Shown here: in pieces, positions 26,872 through 38,900 of the stretch
Position numbering within the stretch: position 1 is the first letter of the stretch
Layout: each line of letters opens with the position of its first letter
Origin: Mobula hypostoma
Lineage: Eukaryota
Direction: 5' to 3'
Assembly (NCBI RefSeq): GCF_963921235.1
Contig: NC_086109.1
Span: 19,532,001 to 19,596,000, forward strand
DNA length: 64,000 bases
Notes under the pieces: generated by a model
Database searches by the model: none
What the model saw: the letters and a program-made list of their open reading frames with translations, nothing else
What the model was told of the DNA's origin: nothing
Translations under genes and position numbers: made by a program

Positions 26872-27212
26872 ATAAACACAAGAAACTCTGCAGATGCTGG
26901 AAATCCAAGGCAACACATACAAAATGTGGGAGGAACTCAGCAGGGCAGACAGCACCAATGGAAATGGATAAACAGTCGACGTATTGGACCAGCACTCTAC
27001 TTCAGAGTTGAAACGGAAAGGGGAAGACGCCAGAGTAAAAAAATGGGGGGAGGGGAAAGAGGCCAGAGGGAAAGTGACAGGTGAAGCCAAGTGGGTGAGA
27101 AAGGTCGAGGGCTGGAGAAGAAGGAATCTGATGGACGAGGAGAGTGGACCATCAGAGAAAGGGAAGGAGGAGGGGACCCAGGGTTCAGCGATTGGCAGGT
27201 GATAAGAGGTAT
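26872..27212 (-). mobile_element. Penelope-like element 3'UTR remnant
   Basis: ctgcagatgctggaaatcc...ggaggaactcagcagg followed by the purine-rich tract shared with 41343-41740. Confidence 0.75.
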
Positions 27213-27289
27213 CTGGTGGAGGATGAAATGCTGGAGAGATTCATGACAGGTGGAGGAGAGAGAGGCCCGAAGCAGTGGCAGAGACTGAA

Positions 27290-27650
27290 ACAGGGACACT
27301 GTTGTCTTTGAGTCTAGTGGTCCTGGTGTGGATGCTGCGTAGCCTCCTCCCTGATGGGAGTTGGACAAACAGTCCATGAGCAGGGTGGGTGGGATCATTC
27401 ATGATATTGTTGGAATTTTTCTGGCATCTTTCTGTGTGTGTATATATATATATCTTTGAAGGCAAGTAGGTTGGTGCCAGTGGAGCATTGGGCAGTATTA
27501 CACTCCCGTGGTAGAGCCCTGCTGCCCACCGCAGTGCAGTTTTCACACCACGCAGGATTCCGCATGTTAAGATACTCTCCACTGTGCATCAGCAGAAGGT
27601 TGTGAGTATTGATGTGCATATGCCAGCCTTCTTCAGCCTTATTTAGGTGC
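27290..27650 (-). mobile_element. Rex1/Babar-like LINE 3' fragment
   Basis: ORF 27241-27582: DPTHPAHGLFVQLPSGRRLRSIHTRTTRLK. Confidence 0.85.
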
Positions 27651-27833
27651 ATCAAAGTGTACAGCCGCTGGGGAATGGGTATGTTGAGTTGGGAAGGTAT
27701 GTGGGTATGGAAAAGAGCTAAGTGCATATGTCTGCACTGAATATTCAAAATTTTTGGTAGGGTAGGGCTGCTTATGTATCTGTGGAAGTGTGGGACGGAT
27801 GTCTATGCCTATGTTGCATTCGATAGTCTAGAG

Positions 27834-27906
27834 CAGGGGGTCCCAGACTGGAACCCCTTACTTGATGATACTGGTCCATGGCACAAAGAAATTTTGGCAA
27901 CCCCTG
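27834..27906. mobile_element. 73-bp hAT (Charlie-like) MITE
   Basis: TIRs cagggggtccca / tggcaacccctg; perfect 8-bp TSD gtctagag at 27826-27833 and 27907-27914. Confidence 0.9.
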
Positions 27907-27990
27907 GTCTAGAGAGTAATGGCCCAAGTGTATTTGTGGAGGAAGAGTTGGGAATTTAGAATATCTGTATGCATTTCTGTTTTCCATATC

Positions 27991-28064
27991 TGTGTGTGTG
28001 CGTGTGTGCGTGTGTGCGTGTGTGCGTGTGTGTGCGTGTGTGCGTGTGTGTGTGTGTGTGTGCG

Positions 28065-28141
<77 letters not shown>

Positions 28142-28184
28142 GTGTGCGTGTGTGCGTGTGTGCGTGTGTGTGTGTGTGCGTGTG

Positions 28185-28216
<32 letters not shown>

Positions 28217-28284
28217 CGTGTGTGCGTGTGTGTGTGTGCGTGTGTGCGCGTGTGTGCGTGTGTGCGTGTGTGTGTGTATGTGCG

Positions 28285-28326
<42 letters not shown>
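27991..28326. repeat. (TG)n/(TGCG)n compound microsatellite
   Basis: About 336 bp of alternating purine-pyrimidine sequence. Confidence 0.99.
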
Positions 28327-28329
<3 letters not shown>

Positions 28330-28728
28330 ATGTGTGGTACTCTGTAAATGCTCTCACTAATTTAAACAACTCAAACTTGTCGAATCTAAACCAGTTGTAA
28401 AGTAGCAATGAAAACAAAGGCAGCAAGTGCTTGATTGTTTAAGTTCTCAGGGGATATAAAAACCTACAATACTGTGAGCGTGCGTGGGTTGTCCCAGTCT
28501 TCCTAGGCTTCGAGGTGATGTCTTGCCTTGCTTTGCTGTCAATCTATGGCTAAAGGATTGGACCTAAAATTAAAACTTGCAAAAACAGAAGTTGTGTTTC
28601 CAAAGTGGTTTATCACATTTGTCAGATACATTCTCAAATGATTTGCACAATGAACTATTTAACAGGTTAAGGAACTCTAAAACTAACTGCAGAAGGCTGC
28701 TAAGGATTACAAAATTAGCTTGGCTCAC

Positions 28729-28744
28729 CTGGGAGGTAGTCAGC
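28729..28744 (-). other. Candidate 16-nt micro-exon of an unidentified host gene
   Basis: Minus strand TACTAAC...ttttgtttccAG|gctgactacctcccag|GTGAGc, with no intervening AG after the branch site. Confidence 0.4.
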
Positions 28745-29231
28745 CTGGAAACAAAATGTGATCCAGCCAGAAAAGGTTTAGGTTAGTAATAGTGCGATCT
28801 CTCGAGCCAGGTATGATTTTCTTCAAAGGGGTTGTCTGTTGGTGGGTGCTCAGGTAGTTGCTGATGGCTGATCCGAGCACAATTCTGCCCCCTTCAAAAC
28901 TTGCTGATCGCCAGGGGACATAATCCAGGGGTTCGTTAATGAAGAATGCTGTGCATGGCTTTGTTTAATGTGTGGAGGCTGATGCATGGGCAGCCACTAC
29001 ATGGTCCTTGACAATATGGGGTCAGGGTCCAGCGGCGTGGATTGCAAGTGACTGGGTCCTTACACCTTCCTTCTGCTGCCTTCACTGCCACTGTGATGAG
29101 TCACCATCTTCCAGCAGCTCCACCACTGAGGTCTTGGTTGGGTCGGTCTTTGTCTGGAACCGCCCCCCCTTGACCTCACTGCCATGGGTGACCCTAAGTG
29201 TCAGATAGCTGAACTCCAGACAACCAACTCC

Positions 29232-29722
29232 AGAAGAAATTTACAAGGATGTTGCCTGGATTGGAGAGCATGACTCATGAGAATTGGAGAGCATGCCTCA
29301 TGAGAATAGGTTGAGTGAACTCGGCCTTTTCTCCCTGGAGCAACGGAGGATGAGAGGTGACCTGATAGAGGTGTACAAGATAATGGGAGGCATTGATCGT
29401 GTGGATAGTCAGAGGCTTTTTCACAGGGCTGAAATGGCTAGCACGAGAGGGCATAGTTTTAAGGTGCTTGGAAGTAGGTACAGAGGAGATGTCAGGGGTA
29501 AATTTTTTACTCAGAGAGTGGTGATACGTGGAATGGGCTGCCGGCGGCGGCGGTGGAGGTGGAAATGATAGGGTCTTTGTAGAGACTCCTGGATGGATAC
29601 ATGGAGCGTAGAAAAATGGAGGGCTATGGGTAAGCCTAGGTAGTTCTAAGGTAAGGACATGTTCAGCACAGCTTTGTGGGCTGAAGGGCCTGTATTGTGC
29701 TGTAGGTTTTCTATGTTTCTAT
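29232..29722 (+). mobile_element. CR1 3' fragment with a 23-bp internal duplication, inserted into an older repeat
   Basis: ORF 29284-29568 (RLSELGLFSLEQRRMRGDLIEVYKIM); tttctatgtttcta tail; ttggagagcatg(a/c)ctcatgagaa occurs twice. Confidence 0.9.
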
Positions 29723-29889
29723 ATTTGTATCACTCTCAGGATCTCACAAGCCTGTCCACCACGACAAGGTGACAATCCTTGGAGAAGTGGATTAAGTGAC
29801 CCTGTGTGGATTGAGCAAGTTGGAAGGGTTTTTGCTTTCAATCTTCCTTACGTTCTCCGTCTTCTGTTCCTCCTTTGCCGCCCACTTTA

Positions 29890-30360
29890 GTTAATGTAAC
29901 AGGTAGTCCCTAACACCGTAAACTGCTCCAAGGCACTTCACAGGGGAGTTATCAAACAAAACTTGATACTGAGCCACAAAGGAGTTATTAAAGCACAATA
30001 CCGGAAAGGGGGAAAGGAGGCTTAGTGATGCAGTACCAAGGATCAAGGTCATTAGCAGACTTGTGGTGCAAGGATCAAAAACAAGGTAGAGACCAAAACT
30101 GGCATGTAGAAACCTGGGAGAGTTGGAGTAAAGTACACAGAGAGGGAGTTGAGTCCATGCAAGCAATTGAAGGAATTTTAACATTAAGGCATTGATAATG
30201 GTAAATCTGTGTGGGTCAGCAAGCTGAGTGCTGAAGGTGGATCAAACCTAATGGCAGTGGCTTTGGGCTTTACAGAAAGCAAAATGAAGTGACCAGGAGT
30301 GTTTGAGGGACAGTCGATCCAGAGGGTCGGGGTTTCAGCAGTGAGGAATTGGATCATGTT
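29890..30360 (-). mobile_element. Degenerate L2-like 3' fragment
   Basis: ccaaggcacttcacaggggagttatcaaacaaaacttgatactgagccaca resembles an elasmobranch L2 3' end. Confidence 0.45.
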
Positions 30361-30371
30361 GCATAGAACAA

Positions 30372-30889
30372 CATTCAGTGGCCACTTTATTCGATGCATA
30401 TGTACACCTGCTCATTAATGCAAATATCTAATCAGCCAATCACGTAGCTGCAACTCAATGCATAAAACCATGCAGACATGGTCAAGAGGGTCAGTTGTTC
30501 AGACCAAACATCAGAACGGGGAGAAATGTGAGCTAAGTGACTTTGACCATGGGATGATTACTGGTGACAGACGGGTGGTTTGAGTATCTCAGCAACAGCT
30601 GACGCCTCAGGATTTCCGCAGTTTACAGAGAATGGTGCGAAAAACAAAAGAAAACATCCAGTGAGTAGCTGTTCTGAGGGCGAAAATGCCTTGTTAATGA
30701 GAGAGTTGTCAATAACGGCCAGTCTGGTTCGAGCTGTCAGGAAGGCAACAGTAACTCAAATAACCACGCGTTAGAACAGCGTGTGCAGGAGAGCACCTCT
30801 GAATGCACAGCATGCTGAACCTTCAGGCAGGTGGGCCACAGCAGCAGAAGGCCACGAACATACCTACCTAGTAAAGTGGCCATTGAGTG
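30372..30889 (+). mobile_element. Tc1-derived MITE
   Basis: TIRs cattcagtggccacttta / taaagtggccattgagtg followed by TA; transposase N-terminal remnant (LSDFD.GMI.G, RKATVTQITTR). Confidence 0.9.
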
Positions 30890-31503
30890 TATTGGGATGT
30901 ACACCATCTGTATGTATGTAAAATAATATGGGAGCTCATTCATCCATAGGAGTGACCACAAGTTGGGCGTTCATTGCCCAGGGATGCCCTATAGATAAAT
31001 ATTTAGCTCAGAGTTATATGCAAAGTTACAGGGTAAAAGCAGAGCGAAGAAGAAGTAAACGGGTGATTCTTTCAAAGAGCTGATATAGTTACTGAGTGCT
31101 TCCTCTGCTTTAACATCTATTTCAGTCTATTAAGAATCTAACTGCATGTTAAAATGGTGACAGAGTCTGCAAGATCACAGGGCTTGAATTTGAATTTGAA
31201 TTTGAAGTATATTTGGCATGCCAAATATATTTTAATCTAATACCAAATCAGAGTCACTAAAATAATTGGACAATTGGGATATCCTTGTTTTAAGAAATTC
31301 ACTGTCTTGGGTTTATTCCTTTAAGGAAGATTAAATTTCAGCCTGTATGATTTAACAGACTGGTGCTGTGTCCTTCATGGACTGACTTATAGGATATTAG
31401 CCCATTCTATTAGGTTGTTTGTTCTTGTGGCAGCCACAGGTCACTATGAAGAAGGGAGGAAGTGATTCTGGGTTGGGCATGCATCAGGCAGTTGGGATTT
31501 TGG

Positions 31504-31642
31504 CATGGGGAGCGGAACAGAAGAAGTAATGTTCCTGGACAGCTCCTGATGGAGACCCTTCAACATGGATCATGGGGTGGGGACAGAAGAAGTAATGGTC
31601 CACGAGATCTCCTGATGGAGACCCCTCATCCCATGCATCATG
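31504..31642 (+). repeat. Diverged tandem duplication, ~67-bp unit x2
   Basis: catgggg...acagaagaagtaatg...ctcctgatggagaccc repeated from 31504 and 31571. Confidence 0.85.
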
Positions 31643-32339
31643 CCCTTTGGTGTTGCTGGTCCTGAGATCCCAGAGGCAGTGACAACATTGAGACCACAGA
31701 ATGAGACATCTGTGGCCTGAAGATATCAGTATATCAATGCTTCCACTTCTGTTCTGCACTGTCATTCATGAGATTGGACCGTAAGGGGCAGAATTTATAA
31801 AGTATGAAAACAATATTAAACACTGAATGCTTCATTATTTTCAACACAACATTATCCTTCTTCCAGTGAGACTTCAAAACAAATTATCACAGGCCACAAC
31901 TTTATGATCTAATGTCTGTTAGACAGAATCAGAATCAGAATCAGGTTTATCTTCACTGATGTATGTTATGAAATATGTTGTTTTGCAGCAGCAACACAGT
32001 GCAATACATAAATATTACCATAAGCTATAATAAGAAATACAGTATTAAGGCTTCGGACTGAGTATCAATAATTCTTTACTTCCCCTCTCCTCTAGGCTCC
32101 AACAGATGCTGCTCACCCCACTGAATTCCTCCAGCAGATTGTTTGGTATGCCTGAGAGTGCTCGATACTGAAACCAGGCTCATAATCACCCAACAATAAG
32201 TAATCAATCCATTTAATCAATAAGCAATCAGAAAGTAGGAAGTTGTGTTAAAGCCAAGGGTTATGTAGATCGACGAAAGGGAAACTGACTGTGTGAGCCA
32301 TCAAATTCATGTTCCTCATATATGATGCACAACAAAAGC

Positions 32340-32630
32340 AAAGAATGGTTTGCATTTATGTGGCTCATTTCACCAATTCAGCGTGCTATTGCCAATGAAG
32401 TACTTCTGTAGTGTAGTCTCAGTTGTACTGTATAACACGTAGGGGCTAATAGAGGTATTGGCTGAAAGATAGGTATTGACAGAGGAAGAGAAGGAACTCT
32501 TCAGTAAAAGATTGGCTGCAGAATCTTCTCTGTTCATCCACAGGATGGAAGGAGTTTAACCAATCATCCCAATGTGGCACCTCTAACAGTCCAGGTATCC
32601 CACAGTAATGCTCTCCGGGTATCAATCTTA
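32340..32630 (-). mobile_element. Deu-domain SINE remnant
   Basis: ttgcatttat...gccaatgaagtactt...gtgtagtc and ggcacctctaacagt...cagta are reverse-complement matches to other copies. Confidence 0.55.
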
Positions 32631-32913
32631 ATTGTTATAGTAATCTCTGAAGAAGACCAAAGACTTCAGACTGTAGTGATATACAAATAGCCGTGTATAG
32701 TATTAAATCAGATTGTCTGGTCTCATTCTTTCCTTCTTAAAACAAGAGGAAGTTAACTCCACCCTTATTTCCGATGAAGGCATTGAAATGGTTCTCAGAG
32801 AATCTATTGTTTGACAAGTTTTTGTATCTCTGTGCTAAACCAGACACTCACCCTCACTTGAAGTTGTTGCAGCCTTTTCTCTCTGGTATCAGTTATCAAT
32901 GTGTGGTACTTAC

Positions 32914-32946
32914 CAGTCTTGGCAGGTAGCCATGGTAACAGTCTCC
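32914..32946 (-). other. Candidate 33-nt exon (phase 0 reads GDCYHGYLPRL)
   Basis: cattgccacattgctAG|33 nt|GTAAGT; frame-preserving length and stop-free in all three frames. Confidence 0.35.
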
Positions 32947-33609
32947 CTAGCAATGTGGCAATGGGTATCACCAGATGATCAGTGATACCACAATTAATAT
33001 TTCTCTCACAAGAACTGGTTCTTGTTATGTAGTCATGTCAGGAGTTGCATCGATTTTCTCCTGTATTATTATTTACCTTATTTTCATCTCTCTTCCCCCA
33101 GGGGTTGGGCCTTTCAGTCTATTTTTAGCCAGCATATATACTACGCAAGAAGTCATGAAAGAGGTCAGAGCTGTCAATAGCCGGCACTGCAGGAATTAGA
33201 TTCCAAAAGTCATAATGAATGCAGCTCAGATGAAATGGTTCTGAATCCTCATCAACCTCCAGCCAGCTCAATAATCAGGCTTTGAAAGCTTTATTTTTGT
33301 TAAACCCAGCGAAGTTAAACCTAACTCAATACACGTATCACTGAAAGTAAAGAGATGTCATTTCTTTGTGCCTTGCTGTGTGCTGTCTAGGTAAATTCAT
33401 TACATTCTCAGAGTGGGGATAAAGGTCACACCTGACACAGGTACCACTGAGACTTAGTACATTATCTTTCAGCACATCTGTTTGCAGAACAAAATGGACT
33501 AAATATGCAAGTACATTTCTTGTTTATTTTGTTCTCTATTCTTCACAACCACTTGTGGTAGTCAGTTCAGACAAAAAACGATGTATAGAAAGAACTTGTA
33601 ATTATAATT

Positions 33610-33920
33610 AGAAGGTCTTGGATTCAAACTGCCTTCCATGGAGATTTAAGCAACACTAAGGCATTTAATGAGTGTGTTCCTCAAGTAGATACTAGACAGG
33701 ATGATTTTTGAATGAATGCAAGACAGGCCAATATTTATTCCTTTTCCACAACCCAAAGCAGATTACCTGCTTGATGTTGGATATAGTACCCTGCTGTGCA
33801 CTAATTTGACCACAACATTTATTATATCACAACACCGATTACATTTCATAAGTGATTGTAGCATGCAAAAACAGAAAATTTATAAAAAGCGTCACATAAA
33901 CCCAGACTTTCTTTTTATTT
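33610..33920 (+). mobile_element. Deu-domain SINE remnant
   Basis: ggccaatatttattcct...cagattacctg...tgctgtgcac...agactttcttttt. Confidence 0.55.
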
Positions 33921-34321
33921 TCGGTTTGAATTGAACAGCAGCTAGCACCATCAGAACACTGTTGCCATAAGTAACAACTCTTTCAAGAAGATAATTCAGG
34001 GAAATATACCCACGGAGGAAATCTTTCTGACTGGGTACAATATAGAACTGAGGCACTGAACTGGGGCTTCCTTTTGGGGTGATCAATCAGTACCTCTGAT
34101 TTTCAATTACAGTCCTGCCTGTTTAGAAAGAATGGAATAGTCAATGCATCAGAAAAATCATGCTCCTTCTATCAAACACTTCTTAATATTGTCAGAATCC
34201 GTTATTAAAGCTTTAATCTAGGCTGCAGATGATAGTCAAATATTGTTTAATTTTAATTCTCCTCATTCATAGTCCTCTCCAAATCCTTCAATTATATTCA
34301 ATTCTTTAAATCTATCTCAAA

Positions 34322-35030
34322 TATTCATTATTCTATATATAAACCACCTCTGGCATGATTAGATTTTTTGCAAAGCAACTCGCTCCCATGTATCCATTAT
34401 TCTATATATAAACCATCTAAATTCTTTGATTAGATTCCAGCAAGTAATTCACACTTGGATATCTATGTATGTATCTATTAATCTATATATAAATCATTTG
34501 ACTCCTGCCTGTAGCACATTCTCAGGTATCAATTATTTTATATGTAAACTTCAAATATCCATCACTTGAACACCACCTGTGACTCACTCCTGGATATAGA
34601 TAAATGTACAGACCATGTAAATCATCATAAATACTTTATTCTTTATACTTTATACTTTATTGTCGCCGAACAATTAGCTAGAATGTACAATCATCACAGC
34701 GATATTTGGTTCTGTGCTTCCCACTCCCTGGATTACAAATACTAAGTATTAAAAATAGTAAAAAAATTTTAAATATTAAAAATTTAAATTATAAATAGAA
34801 AATAGAAAAATGGAAAGTAAGGTAGTGCAAAAAAACCGAGAGGCAGGTCCGGATATTTGGAGGGTATGGCCCAGATCTGGGTCAGGATCCGTTCAGCAGT
34901 CTTATCACAGTTGGAAAGAAGCTGTTCCCAAATCTGGCCATACGAGCCTTCAAGCTCCTGAGCCTTCTCCCTTCTCCTAATTTATTTATTTCCATAACTT
35001 GCTCCCAAATATCCATTATTTTCTATTAAC
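34322..35030 (+). repeat. Diverged AT-rich minisatellite interrupted by a LINE fragment
   Basis: tatccattattctatatataaacca-like core near 34322, 34391, 34472, 34527 and 35010. Confidence 0.65.
34631..34975 (-). mobile_element. Rex1/Babar-like LINE 3' end with (TAAAGTA)n tail
   Basis: Reverse strand reads GRRLRSLKARMARFGNSFFPTVIRLLN. Confidence 0.8.
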
Positions 35031-35414
35031 ACTACCTAAACGTTGCCAATATATTTGAGACCATAACTCTTTTCTGGACATCTGTGATTAATGTATAAGC
35101 CTTCGAAACCTTCAGCTAGATTCCGTACCCTGTGAACTAAATTTAGGTATATTTTATCTAACATTGGAAATGACACATTTAATATAACTGGTATATTTGA
35201 TATACGTTTCATTGATGACAAGCCCATGGTCCTAAAAACACAGAAACCAACACATGGAATAATTGATCAACTATTTCATTATTTTACTATTTCTACCCTT
35301 TCGTCTTCAGCCTCAGCATTGATCAGATATCCTAGCAACTCTTTTATCAAAAGAATTATAATATTTTCAGCTTATTTTATTTACAGTATTTTAATATGCT
35401 GAATTCATACTGGG

Positions 35415-35770
35415 ATTAGAGTTGACATGGAGAGGATGTCTCCTATAATGAGGGAGTATAGAATCGGAGGACACAGCCTCAGAAAAGAAGTACATCATTT
35501 TAGAACAGGGATGAGGAGAAATTTCTTTAGCCAGGGGTTAGTGAACCTGTGGAATTCATTGCCCCCCCCCAAATGTCTGTGGAGGCCAAGTCATTGGGTA
35601 TATTTAAAGCAGAAGTTGATTGGTTCTTGATCAGTAAGGTTGCCGATGGTGATCAGTAAGGTTGCCGATGGTGCCGATGGAGAAAGCAGGAGAATGGCGT
35701 TGGGATAAATTAACCTGCCACGATCAAATGGATGGAATAAATAGTCTAATTCTTCTCCTGTGTTTTCTAG
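35415..35770 (+). mobile_element. CR1 3' fragment
   Basis: ORF 35427-35630 (GHSLRK...MRRNFFSQGLVNLWNSLP); internal 22-bp duplication tgatcagtaaggttgccgatgg. Confidence 0.85.
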
Positions 35771-36589
35771 TCCAACAAGAAGTGCTGCAGTTTCAGAGAT
35801 GCTGTGTTTTGAATGAGATTACCTACTGAAATTTTCCCTATTCTAATGGGTGCAGAAGATAACATAGCACTCTTTTAAAGAAGATTTGGAGAGCTAACTC
35901 TGGTATTTCAGAAGAAAGGCTTGAGCCCATACATTTCATAAAGGGTGCAAGGGACTTCACATTGAACCACAGTGAGACAGTGATAAAGGAGGCTTAGTCT
36001 GGTAAAAATAACTTAGTGTGATGAATTAATCTTTGTTCTAAGATAGTGAATGGTAGCATACTTAGAAGTGAGTAATATCTGCTAGTCATCTAATTTCTGG
36101 ACTAAATTCTATAGCTATTTCTGTCCAAATATATCTAATCTTTAAATAGTAAAAACTGAGCAGAATTGGGCTGAAGGCGCTGTTGAAACCATGAAACTAA
36201 AACAAGCAAGATAATGACCACATTCTGCTGTTACTTCATTCCCTCTGGACTATGGAGCTGAGTATAATGCTTCAGACCGATCTCCCCCATAATTTCATTT
36301 AAGATCTGTGTTAAATTCCTAGAAGTAGGAAATTAGCAGAAGGGCTTTCAAGTTAATGAGACTTTACTGCAAGAGATAGTTAAAGGAATCCTTACAGCAA
36401 GACACACTTTTGGCTAATGTGAGCATAAAATTCCCTATGCAATGATTAATTAATCTTTAGCAATAATTATGAATTCTAATGTTAAATTGTCAATGGGAAT
36501 GGAAATATTGTTCAGCCTCTTTTAAATAAATTTGTCTGTATTTGTTGACTGGATGCGCTCAATTTAATAATTGTTGAAAATTAATATTA

Positions 36590-36975
36590 ATAATAACCTA
36601 TTTATAGAGCACTCCTCATACAAATAATCTAGTTCAAAGTGCTTTACAATGGGATAAAGTGAAAAAGTAAAAATAAGAGACAAAATGATAAGGTGAACTA
36701 AATAGGTTTTGAAGCTGGCATTAAAAGTATCAAATTATTCTGCATCCTTCTATTTTCAGATATTGCGTTCCACAGTTTAGGAGCATAGATGAAAACAAAG
36801 TTGCCAATTTTCTTCTGAGGGACATTATTTACATTCAAGAGACCAGTTGAAAAAGATCTGAGAGGTCAAACAGGATTATAAAACTGAAGTGATTCTCTGA
36901 TGTACTCTGGTCCCCGACCATTGTAACTCTAGCTCACCTTATATTCGAAGGTATGCATTGACAGGTCTTGAATAT
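36590..36975 (-). mobile_element. L2-clade LINE 3' remnant
   Basis: Reverse translation GPEYIRESLQFYNPV*PLRSFSTGLL...YAPKLWN matches the L2 ORF2 C-terminus pattern. Confidence 0.7.
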
Positions 36976-37664
36976 TTCTAAGGAACACACACAAAAAACT
37001 CTGGAGGAACTCAGCAGGCCAGGCAGCATCTATAGAAAAAAGTAGGGGACTGAAGAAAAGGGTCTCGGTCTGAAATGTTGACTGTACTTTTTTCTCAGTA
37101 TCAAATACCTGGTTTCCACCATCCCTTTTTATATGCAATCTTCCACAAGCTCTGCAGCATTCCAAAACACCCTCACCAATCACAATCATCTTGATATTAA
37201 TCAAAGTTCAAAGTAAATTTATTATCAAAGTACACATATGTCACCATGTACTAAATTCATTTTTGTGAGCATTCATAGTAAAAAGGAAAAAACACAATAG
37301 AATCAATGAAAAACTGCACACAAAGGTGGACAAACAACCAATCTGCAAAAGACAACAAATAGTGCCAACTCAAAAAGATAATAATAATAGATAAATAAGT
37401 AATAAATAATATTGAAAGCCTGAGCTGTAGGATTGTTGCCAGAGCATTCAGTTGCTTGCACTGTGGAATTCTCATACTTCAGTTCTGCTAAGCCCTGCCA
37501 CTGACCAATGTACTAAAGACTCTCATAAAGATCATATTAAACTTGTTTAATAACTTATCTATGGAACGACTCATGATGTAGGTTTCTGGCAAAGTAACAT
37601 CAGAGTATTGAGGTTACCATAGCAGATTGGTTGTCACGACCTGTCGATACACAGTTTTATTTTC

Positions 37665-37910
37665 TTTTGTTTAGAAATGAAGCACATTAACGGGCCATTT
37701 TGGTCCAACACGCTTGTGATGTCCGGTTGCACCCATGTAGCCAATTAACCTATTAATCCATACGTCTTTGGAAAGTGGGAGGAAACTGGAGCATCTGGAG
37801 GACACCCACTTGGTTACGGGGAGAATGTACAAGCCCCTTATTGACAGCAGCAGAACCGAACCAGGGTCACTGATGGTGTTATTCTAACTGCTACAATACT
37901 GTGCTGCCCC
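37665..37910 (-). mobile_element. HE1/V-SINE-like SINE
   Basis: tacgtctttggaaagtgggaggaaactggagca...cggggagaatgtacaa. Confidence 0.75.
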
Positions 37911-38374
37911 ATGTTGATACCAAGGAGGTTCTTCAGATCAAAATTGTCTTCTGTGTTACCTCTGGCAGGAATATTTTAATGAGGATTTCTTCTTTCTTTG
38001 CAGAAGCAGTGAAGAATTGATGAACTGTTCGGTAAATTGTGAGGGACAGTGATTGAGAGAGGACTAGAAGAAGTATGGTAGGGACAAGAGTTGAAGGCAA
38101 TGTCAAGTAACTGGGATTGGAGAGACAAAATGCTGAGCATCCTTAACTTCAAGGGAAAAGATTTTGAGCATCAAAACATTGAGAGTTCAGCATATAACTA
38201 GATATAACTAGAGAATTCTACCTGGCAGAATACTAATGACTTGATCTTCTTGCCATAGTTGAAACATAGAAAAGCTACAGCACAATACAGGCCCTTTGGC
38301 TCACAAAGCTGTGCCGAACATGTCCTTACCTTAGGGTTAGCCATAACCCTGTATTTTTCTAAGCTCCATGTACA

Positions 38375-38900
38375 AAGTTCTAAGTTCAAAGTAAATTTAT
38401 TATCAAAGTATCTATAGGTCACCATATACTATCCTGAGATTTATTTTCGTCCAGGCATTCACAGTAAAACAAAGAAATGCAACAGTCAAGGAAAAACCTT
38501 GCACAAACAGGGACTGAGAGACAACCAATGTGAAGACAAGCTGTGCAAATAATAGATAGATAGATAGACAGATAGATAGAGAGATAGATACTGAGAACAT
38601 GAGCTGTAGAGTCCTTGAAAGGGAGTGCATAGTTTATGAAATCATATCAGTGATGAGCTGAATGAAGTTATATCTGTGCTGGTTCAGCCAGGAATCTGAT
38701 GGCTGAAGGGTGATAACTGTCCTGAGCATGGTGGTGTGGGACCTAAGGCTCCTGTACTTCGTTCTCAATAGAAGCAACGAGAAGAGAGCATGGTCTGGAT
38801 GGACGCTACGTTTCTGTGGCAGCACTCGTAGATGTGCTCAGTGGTGGGGAGGGCTGTTCCTCCGATGGACTGATCTGTATCCACCACTTTTTGTCGACTT
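38375..38900 (-). mobile_element. Rex1/Babar-like LINE 3' fragment with a (GATA)n tract
   Basis: HPDHALFSLLLLRTKYRSLRSHTT; aagttcaaagtaaatttatt tail on +. Confidence 0.8.

Noticed and set aside
27919..28426. Long VC- and HT-repeat ORFs
   Set aside because: Translation artefacts of the (TG)n microsatellite.
34322..34560. CRISPR-like array
   Set aside because: Eukaryotic context, degenerate repeats, uneven and mutually related spacers, no cas genes.
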